Counted from the whole stretch's first letter, positions 29,520-42,094 are shown. The stretch: DNA of 63,730 bases, filler included, from Octopus bimaculoides (GCF_001194135.2; 4 parts of 4 records of this genome joined end to end with filler, not necessarily neighbours in it); one strand, 5' to 3'. Numbers and translations: made by a program. The notes: generated by a model from the letters alone, not told the origin.

Positions 29520-30049
29520 TGAGTGTGTGTGTGTGTGTAGAGTGAGAGAGAGAAAGGTGGGGATATGGTCTAATACATACAAATATGTACATAATTATGT
29601 ATAATAATAAAAGTAGTGAAAGAAAGAAATAGTACTCGATATTAATTTCATCTGAATGACTGCAGCCTAACAGGGGTGACTACTAGCATTTTCTTTATAT
29701 GAAAGTGATGTAGTTCATTTGGTTGCCATATTCTATTGAAATACACCTGTCTGATGACACACAAAAATTTCATATAGGGAAACTAATACATAGACCGCTG
29801 ATTTAATCTAAGATGGCTTTTGTTGCATTAAATGTATTTTTATTTAGCTGGCTAATCATAACATCAGTGTTTCCCAATGTCAATGGCAATGGATTTTGTC
29901 ATAACATGCAGTTGCCAGAAGGTACATGTTACTGATGAAGCTCAAAAAAGCTTCCAGACTGAAGGTGATGGTTGTAACAGCACTTTGAACACACCCTACT
30001 AAACACTACTCATCACAGCTGACTACTTTTAAGAATGCCATCAGGACAT

Positions 30050-30385
30050 GAAGACAATTTGAAAGTTCATCATGAAATAAAGTTTTGTATTGGACTAGGC
30101 AAAGATGTTACAGTTACTTAGTAAATGCTCCAGCCTGCTTCTTAATATGAACTGAGCATCTGTTTTCTGCTGGTATAAGAGATTCAAGGATAGTAAAAAG
30201 ATGAAAGGCAATGAGGGGTGGGTGAGGGAGAGGGTTGTCAGAACATCAGAGCCAGTTGAGAAGATTTGCAATTTTTTGGATGAAGACAGTCATATTTCTA
30301 TAAAGACAATAAGCATACAGTTTGAAATTGGTGTGGCAATTGTACACAGAGTTATTTGTGAAGATTTGGTAATAAAATGCAGATG
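30050..30385 (+). mobile_element. Mariner transposase N-terminal relic (a different subfamily)
   Basis: EIKFCIGLGKD...VFCWYKRFKD...RTSEPVEKICNFLDEDSHISIKTISIQFEIGVAIVHRVICEDL. Confidence 0.75.
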
Positions 30386-30553
30386 GCTGGCTGGCTGGCT
30401 GGATCCTCCAAACTTTCAAAGCAAGAGAAAAGTAGACATTGATGATCCTTTGGAGGACACAAGTTCTCACCGGCTCCCAACTATGGTCACCACACAATAT
30501 AAAATCCATGGCGGAACTCAAAGCAATCCAACGAAGCTACACTAAGAAAATCA

Positions 30554-30598
<45 letters not shown>

Positions 30599-30690
30599 CA
30601 TGCATGCATACATATATATATATATACATACATACATATATATATATACATACATACATACATACATATATATACATACATACATACATA

Positions 30691-30790
30691 NNNNNNNNNN
30701 NNNNNNNNNNNNNNNNNNNNNNNNNNNNNNNNNNTTAATTAATTAANNNNNNNNNNNNNNNNNNNNNNNNNNNNNNNNNNNNNNNNNNNN
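30691..30790. other. Artificial scaffold join (44 N + TTAATTAATTAA + 44 N)
   Basis: Exactly 100 bp with a central palindromic all-frame-stop linker; identical layout occurs three times. Confidence 0.95.
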
Positions 30791-31043
30791 AGTGGATGGG
30801 TAGGTATAGTGATTGTGTTGGTATGGGATGTGATGGTTTAAGGTTTTGTGAGAAATGCGGTGGGTTTTTGGGTGTTTGTAGGGTGGATTGTATGCAAGGT
30901 TGGAGTTGGGTAGGTAGTTATTGTGGTTCTGTTGGTGTGGGTTGCCTGGGTATGAAGATCTGTAGAAAAAATGGTATGCTTGTGGGTGTTTGTTGGGTGG
31001 ACGGTATGGGGTACCTTGGGTGGGAGATTTATGCATAGGTTTG

Positions 31044-31046
<3 letters not shown>
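30791..31046. repeat. G/T-rich degenerate tandem repeat (~110-bp period)
   Basis: TGGGTAGGTA..ATTGTG.T..GTTGGT.TGGG and GGGTGTTTGT.GGGTGGA..GTATG each recur about 110 bp apart; very C-poor strand. Confidence 0.5.
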
Positions 31047-31080
<34 letters not shown>

Positions 31081-31149
31081 GCATATATGGGTGTGTGGGT
31101 ATATACTTGTATATCTAAGCATATGTATATATATATATATATATACATA

Positions 31150-33485
31150 CAGAAAAAGTTTGCCAATGTTCAGCAAGCTGAAGTATTTTGGATTGCAAGA
31201 CAGTGTATGAGAGAAAACCATGATGTCATAGGAGAGAAATGTGTCCGCGTGGATGATGGTGCCCTTGCGTTTAATGATTCTGCAAAGGAAAAGGCTTGGA
31301 GAAGCCATTATGAAAGACTGCTGAATGTGGAGAATGAATGGGAGGGGGAGAGTCTGTCAAAGGTTGACCCAATTGAGGGACCAGCTATCCGAATTGACAG
31401 TACCCAGGTAGATAAAGGAATTAAGGATATGAAGACAGGGAAAGCACCTGGCCCATCAGGAATCATTGCTGGGATGCTTAAAATATCGGGTGGTGTGGGT
31501 TATAGTCATGCCACCTGCATCGTAAATCAGGTGGTTCGAAGGAGTCATCAATGACTGGTGTAGCAGCACCATAGTCAACTGCTACAAGGGGAAAGATGAT
31601 GCTTTAGACAGAAATAACTACAGGGGTATCAAATTATTGGATCAGGTGATGAAAGTTATGGAAAGGGTCATGACCCAACTAATTAGGGAGATAGTTAGCC
31701 TAGATGAGATGTAGTTCAGTTTTGTGCCAGACAGAAACACTATTGATGCTATATTTCTGGTAAGGCAACTTCAGGAGAAATACCTAGGCAAAGATAAACT
31801 TTTGTACTTGGTTTTTGTTGACTTGGAGAAAGCCTTTGACAGGGTCTCCCGATCCGTTATCTGGTGGTCAATGAAGAAACTAGGGATAGACGAGTGGCTG
31901 GTAAGAGCTGTACAAGCCCTGTACAGGGATGTTATCAATAAGGTTAGGGTTGGCAATGAATATAGTAAAGAATTCTGAGTCGAAGTAGGCATTCACTAAG
32001 GATCAGTCCTCAGCCCCCTCTTATTCATTATAGTCCTCCAGGCAATAACAGAGGAATTCAAGACAGGCTGCCCCTGAGAGCTCCTCTATGCTGATGACCT
32101 TGCTCTAATAGCCGAGTCACTGCCAAAACTGGAGATGAAGTTTAGAGTGTGGAAGCAAGGTCTAGAATCGAAGGGCTTTAGATTTAACCTAGCCAAAACA
32201 AAAGCCTTAGTAAGTAAGAAAGCTGTCAAATCACAACCTCCTTCAGGTAGAAGGCCCTGCTCAATCTGTAGAAAAAGTGTGGGTAGAAACTCCATAGGAT
32301 GTACCCAATGTAAGCTATGGACACATAAAAGTGCAGCAATATCAAAGGAAGGTTAACCGGGAAAATAGTTTTTGTGTGTGGCAGATGCACAGGGGCAATA
32401 AACACTGAAGATGTACAGAAAACAGATTCCATCACATGCCAGGGGGGAAAACTAGAAGTAGTTAATAGCTTCTGCTACCTAGGCGACCAAGTCTGTAGTG
32501 GGGGCGGTTGCTCTGAGAGCGTAGCTACTAGAGTAAGAATAGCCTGAGCTCCTACCTCTGCTGGCAACTAAGGGCCTCTCGCTCAGAGTGAAAAGTAGAC
32601 TGTATGATACATGTGTGTGAACTGCCATGCTACACGGCAGTGAAACATAGGCTATGACTGCTGAGGACATGCATAGGCTTGAAAGAATTGAAGCTAGTAT
32701 GATCCATTGGATGTGTAATGTCAGTGTGTACATGATAGAGTGTAAGCATCTTGAGAGAAAAGTTGGGCATAAGAAGCATCAAATGTGGTGTGCAAGAGAA
32801 GCGACTGTGCAGGTATGGCCATGTAATATGTATGAATGAAAACAGCTGTGTGAGGAAGTGCCACTCCCTAACTGTAGAAGGAACCTGCGGAAGAGGTAGA
32901 CCCAGGAAGACATGGGATGAGGTGGTGAAGCATGACCTTTGAATATTGGGCCTCACAGAGGCAATGACAAGAGGCCGGGACCTTTGAAGATATGCTGTGA
33001 TTGAGAAGACCCAGCAACTAAAGTGATATCGCAACCACGCATGTCCGGCCCTGTTAAGAATACCCCTGATGCATTGGGTGATATGATATGCTTGAGAAGA
33101 CCTGTTGAGTCAAAGTAAAACCAACGCCATAGCTGGGGCCAGTGTCCCTTGACTGGCCCCCGTGCCAGTGGCACATAAAAAGCATCTTCTGAATGTGGTC
33201 AATACTAGGTCTGCCTGATTGGCTCCCATGCCGGTGGCACATAAAAGGCACCAACTGATCATGACCGATACCAGTACCCCCTGATTGGCTCCTGTGCTGG
33301 TGGCACGTAAAGAGCATCCACTACACTCTTGGAGTGGTTGGCGTTAGGAAGAGCATCCAACTGTAGAAACTTTGCCAGATCAGATTGGAGCCTGGTGCAG
33401 TCACTGGCTCTACAGACCTCAATGAAACCATCCAACCCAAGCCAGCATGGAAAACAGACGTTAGTCGATAATGATGATGACACAT
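31150..33485 (+). mobile_element. 5'-truncated RTE-clade LINE (RT pseudogene with in-RT PHD finger, and 3' UTR)
   Basis: RT motifs NYRGIKLL, FVDLEKAFDRV, GSVLSPLLF, LLYADD (32087-32098), YLG, RLCRYGHV and GRGRPRKTW, with several stops and frameshifts. The 3' UTR has short internal repeats and ends in (GAT)n. The 5' end abuts (TA)n. Confidence 0.92.
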
Positions 33486-33591
33486 ACACATATATATGGG
33501 GGGGTGCCTGAGTAAAATGTGTATACACGAGTTCACATATTTGAGAGAGAGAGAGAGAGAGAGTGTGTGTAAGTGTGTGTGTGTGTGTGTG

Positions 33592-33628
<37 letters not shown>

Positions 33629-33789
33629 GTGTGTGTGTGTGTGTGGCCATACAAAATATTACCTTGCTTGGGGACAAGTGAGGGTTAGCAATAAGAAGAT
33701 ATCAGGATATAGGAAAATCTGACTCAATAAATCCCATTCAACCCATGCAAGCATGGGGAAATGGATGTTAAAATGAAAATGATGAGGAG

Positions 33790-34290
33790 CAGTCAACATC
33801 CTGAGCATTAAGGCAATGATGCACGAGTACCATTTACATTGAGTTAGACACCTTGTTAGGATGAGTGATTGGGGGATCCCTAAGCAAATGCTACATGGTG
33901 AATTTGTCTGTGGGAAGCACTCCCAGCAGAAATCAAGACTACAATTTAAGAATTGTGTTAGGTCCTTGCTGCAGGCATGTAAAGTATAGGAGATCAACTG
34001 GGAAACCAATGCTTGTCATCACTACCAATGGAGGAAACAAGTAAAAGAAGAAGTGAATATTTTCAAGAAAGCATGTATTTTCCATGCTGAATTTAAGTGA
34101 GCTGCTCAAAAACTGCACTGCCAGTGTAGTCAATGGAGGAATCTTGGTCTGCAATATCTGTAGACATGTATGTTTATCAAGAGCAGGGCCCATTAGTAAC
34201 CAGCAGAGTCACAAGTGTAAAGTAAAAATTTATCTGAGAGCACAATGTTCTTTATGGTCAGTGATGATCTTTCCTGGCCACAAGTGAACA
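33790..34290 (+). mobile_element. Old RTE/BovB-like LINE 3' fragment
   Basis: SIKAMMHEYHLH*VRHLVRMSDWGIPKQMLHGEF...KSRLQFKNCVRS...WE....WRKQV...CNICRHVCLSRAGPISNQQSH. Confidence 0.75.
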
Positions 34291-35649
34291 GCCATACATA
34301 TGAGTGTGTGCACATGTACATATGTATCAACAGTGCCAAGATAAAAGTCAAATGAGAGGAAGAACAGAAACAAGTAAACTGTGTCAAGATTAGACACTTA
34401 AATGCATGTCTCAACAACAAAATATGCATAAAAGCAAGCATAAACATATATATGTATATATGTCACATCCACAAGATGCTCCTCTTACCATTTCTCGATA
34501 CCCATATTGGATTTGCTCAAATTCACAAACCACTCCACCGAGTCTTTTCTCTCAGAATATCAAAGGGGATTCTCTCTGCCAATGAAGAGTAGATAGTAGG
34601 ATGCTTGCATGATAGTGAGACAAGGGCACTGAATGAGGAGAATGTGAGAAGTTCTAGGGAGATATGAAGCAAACATGCTCTGTTGGATGATGATATTAGT
34701 GAGCATGAGCAAAGAAGATATGGTCAGAAACAATGACGGCATGACACTGTGTTGGAGAAGACTTGTTCAACCCATGCAAGAATGAGAAAGCAGATATTAA
34801 ATGATGATGATGATGATATCTAGACCACAGTTCTAAAACAGTTAATATATATATATTTATTAAAGTTTACTCCAAATATTACAGTTTTCTACCAAATTAA
34901 ATTTTTTTGAATACAAAATAATTTTCACTTGGCTATTTTTTTATTCTTTTACAAAACAATTCAATTATCATTATTACTCTAATCTTTTTTTCTAAAATAA
35001 AAAAATTTCAAAACATATTCATTTTTCTTTATGTAGGAAAATATTAAGTTACTTGTATTAAAATTTGCAGCCATTCTTCAATTTCTTATGATGAAAAATG
35101 AAGCAATGCTAGCAATATATTTAATCTCATATGAGCTCAGCAGTCTGTCAAAGATAGAGTTCAGTAAAATAAATAGTAGGTCACAGTCAATTTTCAAGTG
35201 CTTCAGTGTTGTCAAACTACACTCTCATACTTAACTCTGGGACCACCGCCTTCTAAAACATGCAAGTACCTATAAAGGAAGAGAAAGACTGACAATGTAA
35301 TATGAGTACATGCAAAATAAAGGTGTGTTACAAGCAAACAAATATCACAGATCATGCTTGTATGTGTGTGCGTGCCACTGTAGTACAGCAGTGTTTTTCA
35401 TTTCAAATCTCCCGTGAAAAATATCTGGCCATAGGGAAATATCCCCTTTACTTGGAAGCCGGCTATAGAAAGTGTACCTCAATAAAACTCTGTCCAACTC
35501 ATGCAAGCATAGAAAAGTGAAAGTTAAATTGATGATGACAGTGATATCTACATATGTGCGAGTGCATACGTAACACATAATATACATTTATAAATATATA
35601 TTCATACAATATATGTATATACATGTGTGTGTTTGTTGAAACAAATATA

Positions 35650-35702
<53 letters not shown>

Positions 35703-36108
35703 NNNNNNNNNNNNNNNNNNNNNNNNNNNNNNNNNNNNNNNNNNNNNNNNNNNNNNNNNNNNNNNNNNNNNNNNNNNNNNNNNNNNNNNNNNNNNNNNNN
35801 NNNNNNNNNNNNNNNNNNNNNNNNNNNNNNNNNNNNNNNNGTCAAACAAGTCTAATAATTATTCTATCAGGCTCTTTTGTTAAACTGCTAAGTTATGAGG
35901 ATGCACCAACACAGGGTTGTCAAGCGGTGCTGGGGGACAAACACAAACACATAAATATATACATATACAATTGTCTACTTTTAGTTTCTGTCTACCAAAC
36001 ACACTCGCAAGGCTTTGGTCAGCCTGAGGATATAGTAGAAGACACTTGCCCAAGGTGCTATGCAGTGGGATTGAACCTGGAACCATGTGTTTGGGAAGCA
36101 AGCTTCTT

Positions 36109-36593
36109 TATTTCATTAAATTGGCCATAAGGCCTTACAAAGAATTGCAAGAAGCAAAGCGGGCTGGACGCATCCATTAATGAAATGAGTGATGATGAAA
36201 TATGAATGATATGAGAGGGGTATTCGGCGCCTGTTGACCGAAAACCCCTCGAAATCACTGTTCTTTTGGAATACAATAAGATTCACTTAAAAGTTCAATT
36301 ACATACAGTCAAAATCACATAATTTAACAGTTAATCACATAATTTAATAGGCGTATTAGGCCTCTTGTATTTCTTCCCCAAGCACCTTCTTTGCTGCCCG
36401 CAGGCAAGCCTGCTTCGAAAAATCTGGGCCTATTTTGAGGAACTGGAAGTCCCTCCCTTCCAAAGGAGGCCATTACGTTGAACAACTCTGCGTTGCTCAA
36501 AGCCTCCACATTCACTTGTGGAGGCCACTCTGGATAGCCTATGCAGCCGGACTAGTACCGATCGCGGTCCAGCCTGTTGTCCAGGTAGCTCTC
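36109..36593 (-). pseudogene. Unidentified GC-rich coding 3' fragment inserted into a SINE with a 10-bp TSD
   Basis: CAAGCTTCTT at 36099-36108 and 36594-36603 flanks the insert, and the SINE resumes on both sides. The minus strand encodes LESYLDNRLDRDRY*SGCIGYPEWPPQVNVEALSNAELFNVMASFGREGLPVPQNRPRFFEA, then after a probable frameshift CLRAAKKVLGEEIQEA*. Confidence 0.55.
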
Positions 36594-37101
36594 CAAGCTT
36601 CTTACCACACAGCCACGCCTGTACCTAAATGTATATATATATATGTGTGTATATAAATATATATANNNNNNNNNNNNNNNNNNNNNNNNNNNNNNNNNNN
36701 NNNNNNNNNNNNNNNNNNNNNNNNNNNNNNNNNNNNNNNNNNNNNNNNNNNNNNNNNNNNNNNNNNNNNNNNNNNNNNNNNNNNNNNNNNNNNNNNNNNN
36801 NNNNNNNNNNNNNNNNNNNNNNNNNNNNNNNNNNNNNNNNNNNNNNNNNNNNNNNNNNNNNNNNNNNNNNNNNNNNNNNNNNNNNNNNNNNNNNNNNNNN
36901 NNNNNNNNNNNNNNNNNNNNNNNNNNNNNNNNNNNNNNNNNNNNNNNNNNNNNNNNNNNNNNNNNNNNNNNNNNNNNNNNNNNNNNNNNNNNNNNNNNNN
37001 NNNNNNNNNNNNNNNNNNNNNNNNNNNNNNNNNNNNNNNNNNNNNNNNNNNNNNNNNNNNNNNNNNNNNNNNNNNNNNNNNNNNNNNTATATATATATAT
37101 A

Positions 37102-37406
37102 TTTCCGTGAGAGTTAGAGGTTGGGAAGCCAACCAACTAAAGGATAGTACCTATCCATTATACTGCTGGTAGTGTACTCAATTATTAATTCCGGCTGATG
37201 TATGTCATTTTTGTTTCCCCTCCATTTTCTTTTTAGCTGTAAGGGTAAACCACTGTTTACCCCCGCCCATATATGACACTCAATTGCAAAATTACCATGC
37301 AATAACCAGCACTTGGATATTAATAATTGGGTACACTACCAGCAGTATATTGTATAGGTACTATCCCTTAGTTGGTTGGCTTCCCAACCTCTAACTCTCA
37401 CAGAAA
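37102..37406. mobile_element. MITE-like element with ~85-bp terminal inverted repeats, TA-flanked
   Basis: TTTCCGTGAGAGTTAGAGGTTGGGAAGCCAACCAACTAAAGGATAGTACCTAT...AATTATTAAT is mirrored at 37320-37406 with few mismatches; a small central hairpin reads GGGTAAAC-CACT-GTTTACCC. Confidence 0.85.
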
Positions 37407-37515
37407 TAAATAAATACTTGATAGAGAGCTTTTTATTACTTGTCTGTCTCTACACTGTTTATAACACTGGTTGTGGATGTGAGTACACACAGACATAGTA
37501 TAACAGACTCTCAAG

Positions 37516-40400
37516 ATGAATACTGCTGGAAAAATGGAGCTGATAAAGATGGACTCATCACTGAAGGACATCCTGATCCCATCTAAGGACTCATATCACA
37601 AAGAAATAATTTTTAGAATAAATGAATTCCTTCATAGAATTCGATGGAAAGTATATCACCATGAAAGGAAACTAACCCAGTTGGACTTAATTACCCGCAA
37701 CAATCACAATAACTCTAACACTGATAACACTGAAATATTGGAACTTACCAAGCATATATTTAAATCCAGAAAAGCACCACCAACTAACAAGCACCTAGAT
37801 AACTTTGAACAAGAACTATGGAGTACTACTGAAAACATCAAGTTCAAGAACCGCCCACCACACCAGACACAACCTGTACCAAAGTTGAAAGACCTGATAC
37901 AAATCTTAGATACCAAAAATGAAATTTTAACACATTCAGACAAAACTAGAAACATCTACAATATCGACCCCAACATATACCACAAACTCATCCATAGAGA
38001 AATCATAAAAAAGTATAAGGTAGTCCCTAATAGCACACTAAAGAAGATAAACCTAGAAGCCAGAAATATAATGTTGGATTTTAATTTAGGAGATAAGACA
38101 GAGCTATTTACTCCAATTAGACCCCACATAACAATTAAGGACCACAAGGAAAACTTCCTAAATAAAACGCAGGTTAGATTAATATGTCCTAACAAATCTG
38201 ACATAGTTAAGCTTAGTAAAGTAATCTTAGATAAATATTAACCAACAATAAAAAGTAAAGTTAAACTAGAACTATGGAGTAACACCCAAGGTGCACTAGA
38301 TTGGTTCTCCAATATACAGATAGAAAATAGATGTAACCAAAAATTCATACAAATCGATATACAGGACTACTACTCCTCTATAAACACTATTGTTCTTAAC
38401 AGTGCTCTCATTTTCACCAGGAGATACACTAACCTAAATATGAGGGAGATAAACGTGATACTCATTGCCGGAAAGGCTGATATCGAATTTGATAACAAAC
38501 TATGGGCGAGAAAAGATACACCAAACTTCTTTGATATCACAATGGGCTTGCCAGACCCAGCGGAAGTGACGGACCTGATAGGATTATACATCTTGGATAA
38601 TATAAGTAGAGAGTTCCCAGAACTAACTGGAGGTCTATATAGGGATGATGCACTATTTTTAGTTAGGAACCTTTCAAATAGATGCCTTGAACTACTTAAG
38701 AAACGATTACATAAATTCTTTAATAGGTTTGACTTATCTATAACTATAGAAAATGAAAACTACTCTATAAATTATTTAGACATAAATTGCAACTTAAACA
38801 CCAGACTCCATGAGCCTTATATGAAAGAAAACTCTACCTTAGGATATATAAATAATTCTAGTAACCATCCCCAGCAAATAAAAAGAGCCCTACTACAGAA
38901 TATAAGTAAAAGGATTTCATACCTCTCTTCTAATGAAGAGATCTTTAATAAACACAAGGATAGGTATAACATAGCACTAAAAAATGAAGGCTATAAAGAA
39001 AAAATGAAATACTTCCCCAGAAACATTAATGGTAATAAGAATAATATTATAGAAGGTAGTAGGGATAGGACTAATACCGTGAACTATAATAATGCATTTA
39101 AAGCAAATAATAATAATATTATTAATAATAGAAATAATAGTGCCAATAATAAGGATAAGAAAATAGATAGCTTATCTATAGAATCTAACTGTAAATGCAG
39201 AAACTGGAGTAAACGGAGGCACAATAACTATAGAAGCCCGGATAGGGCAACCACCACCAGCCCCAATAATTTTGACAACTGCAATGCTACCAAGGATGAG
39301 TACAGAAATAACAATAGAAGTATTAGAAATATGAAAAAATGACCCATACATAATAAAAACAATAATAATAATTATTATGATAGAAATAAAAATAAAAGCA
39401 GAAACAATACACATAACATAATAAAACCCAAAAATGGAAATAATAAAAATGACACTGTCTGGTTAATCATCTCTTTCGCTATGCAAATTAAGAATAACAT
39501 AGTCAAAACAATATTTAGATTCATTAATAAACAATTTATAAAAGAAAAAAACAAATACTGGGAGATAATCAATAACAAAACAATAAGAATAGGATACAGT
39601 TTAACACATAACCTGGCTACCATCATTTCCTCAATAAACATTAGAAAACGGGACACCTTCTATCTAAGTAGGAAAAATAACAGCAGTAATATGCACACTA
39701 GTAATAACAATAACCACAATAATAATAATAGTAATAGTGGTGTTGGTGACAATAGTAATAATAATAATAATAGGAATAAGAATAATAATAGAAACAATAA
39801 TAACAATATTCAAATCAATAATAATAATAATAATAATCATAGTGGTATGAGTAATTGCAATAGTAACAACAATATCATTATTAGTATCAACAATAGCCAC
39901 AGCACCAATAATGTAATACCTGACGATACCCATGATATAACCCCCACACAGCTATATAGAACCTGTGATTGTAGAATTAGCAGGAATTGTGTATTTAACA
40001 ATAATTGCATTAGAAAGGAAGTAGTGTATCAATGAGTAGTAAGTACACAATCAGGTAATAAGGTATATGTAGGAGCAACCCAGAATATGAAACATAAGCT
40101 TAATCACCACAGATACACCTTTAGAAACAGAAATAGGAGAAATTCAATGGGATTGAGCAACTACATATGGGAACTTAAGGATAAAGGAATTGATCATAAG
40201 CTACATTGGAAGATTTTAACCACAGCACCAGTGTATAGTACAAAAAATAGAAAATGTATGCTATGTGTAAATGAAATTTTCTTCATGATTAAAGCCAGCC
40301 TTCTTCTTGTTAATTCTCTTAAGGAGAGAAACATTTCCTGCCTTCATAAAACTAAGCATACCACTAGCACTTGTTATTTAACCCCCACTGGTACTAGTGT
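37516..40400 (+). mobile_element. Near full-length Penelope-like retroelement ORF (RT and C-terminal GIY-YIG endonuclease), inactivated by three nonsense codons
   Basis: ORF-track pieces starting at 37516, 38440, 39481 and 40087 are all in one frame. Motifs: SDKTRNIY, VRLICPNKSD, IDIQDYYSSI, FDITMG..AEVTDLIGLYIL, GLYRDD (38638-38649), INYLDI, SSNHP, CDC..C....C..VVYQ*...VYVG (40021-40074), LSNYIWELK, CMLC, C-L-H. Stops are TAA 38239, TGA 39340 and TGA 40033. Confidence 0.92.
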
Positions 40401-40507
40401 CCCTCCTTGTTTGTATCATAATAACAATATTCGTATTATTATTATATTATATATACATGTATATGTATGTGTATGTATGGGTGTAGGAATGTATATGTGT
40501 GAGTGTG

Positions 40508-40546
<39 letters not shown>

Positions 40547-40599
40547 ATACAAGTATGTGTGAGTATGTTTGTGTACATGTATATGTGTCTGTGTGCCCT

Positions 40600-40975
40600 T
40601 GGACTGGCTCTTGTGCGGGTGGCACATAAGATGCACCATTTTGAGCGTGGCCGTTGCCAGTACCGCCTGACTGGCCTTCATAGGATTTTCGAGCGAGATC
40701 GTTGCCAGTGCCCCTGGACTGGCTCTTGTGCGGGTGGCACATAAAATACACCATTTTGAGCGTGGCCGTTGCCAGTACCGCCTGACTGGCCTTCGTGCGG
40801 GTGACACGTAAAAGCACCCACTACACTCTCTGAGTGGTTGGCGTTAGGAAGGGCATCCAGCTGTAGAAACTCTGCTAAATGTGTTGCCATCCGGTTTCAC
40901 CAGTCCTCAGTCAAATCGTCCAACTCGTGCTAGCATGGAAAGCGAACGTTAAACGATGATGATGATGATGATGAT
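40600..40975 (+). mobile_element. Young 3' UTR copy of the RTE family (or its partner SINE) with an internal ~113-bp duplication
   Basis: GGACTGGCTCTTGTGCGGGTGGCACATAA...GCCAGTACCGCCTGACTGGCC occurs twice; the tail GGCGTTAGGAAGGGCATCCAGCTGTAGAAACTCTGC...(GAT)n is shared with 33340-33485. Confidence 0.85.
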
Positions 40976-41389
40976 GGATGTGTATGTGTTTGTGCGTGTG
41001 TATATATATATACACAGTTGTTTGTGAGTGTGTGAGTATGTATATGTAAATATAGGTTCGGACACATGTATGTATGCATATGTGCACGTACCTATATAGG
41101 TATATATGATAGACTATGTAAGAAGCCATAGATTTTTAGATTTTTGGATGTTTACACACATATGTATCCATAGTTGTGGAAATGAATACATACATGTATG
41201 CACAGGTGGGGAGATAAGGGTGTGGGTAGGGGTCAATATGGTTTTGCATGGATATAATGGTGTACATACATGGATAAGGATGTGAATGTATATCTGTTTA
41301 GTATTAGTATTGGAGCATATGGAAATCTGTAGATATATTTATATGTATGATTGCTGGAGTATGAGTATAGACAGGTACAGATAAGAACA

Positions 41390-41755
41390 CCCCATCGTTC
41401 TGATCAAACAATGGTATGTTACCCCATACTCCTACTAGGAATACTATACATAAACCTAGCTTATACACTAAAGATAGAAACCCCTCCCTTAATGGATCTT
41501 CAGAAAATATACGCATGACTAGCTCATCATATATACCAGCACTTAGCAATTAAATTGCACCTTACAAATGAGCAGATTAATAACAATATAGAACACTATC
41601 CAATGGATTAAATTATAAATTTATAAATATAAACCTTTATGTACAATCAGATAATTGAGTATAATATAGTGTAATTTACTAAAGCTAAACTGCCTAATAC
41701 ATAAGAATCCATAGATGTCCACACCCCACATTTACCTGAACAAAAAACCTCCTAT
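41390..41755 (+). mobile_element. Possible degenerate N-terminal piece of another Penelope-like ORF
   Basis: Contains LSNGLNYKF (cf. the PLE N-terminal LSKGLNF motif) among many stops; weak. Confidence 0.3.
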
Positions 41756-41759
41756 TTAT

Positions 41760-42070
41760 ATCATCATCATCATCATCATCATCGTTTAACGTCCGCCTTC
41801 CATGCTAGCATGGGTTGGACGATTTGACTGAGGACTGGTGAAACCGGATGGCAACACCAGGCTCCAATCTAATTTGGCAGAGTTTCTACAGCTGGATGCC
41901 CTTCCTAACGCCAACCACTCAGAGAGTGTAGTGGGTGCTTTTACGTGTCACCCGCATGAAAACGGCCACGCTCGAAATGGTGTCTTTTATGTGCCACCCG
42001 CACAAGAGCCAGTCCAGGGGCACTGGCAACGATCTCGCTCGAAAATCCTACAAGGCTAGTCAGGCGGTAT
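41760..42070 (-). mobile_element. Near-identical inverted copy of the 40600-40975 element
   Basis: The reverse complement matches 40660-40975 over most of its length. Confidence 0.88.
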
Positions 42071-42094
42071 ATATATATATATATATATATATAT

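Noticed and set aside
30735-30746. TTAATTAATTAA as a regulatory or repeat motif
   Set aside because: It always sits exactly centred in a 100-bp N block, so it is an assembly linker.
40033-40035. TGA at a likely Cys position of the Penelope GIY-YIG motif as selenocysteine recoding (as reported for Naiad PLEs)
   Set aside because: The same ORF has a TAA stop, the other TGA is in a low-complexity linker, no SECIS was recognised, and the EN is C-terminal (not Naiad). Ordinary decay is simpler.
40600-40800. Direct repeats with a spacer resembling a CRISPR array
   Set aside because: Only two long units inside a LINE 3' UTR in a eukaryotic context; no cas genes.
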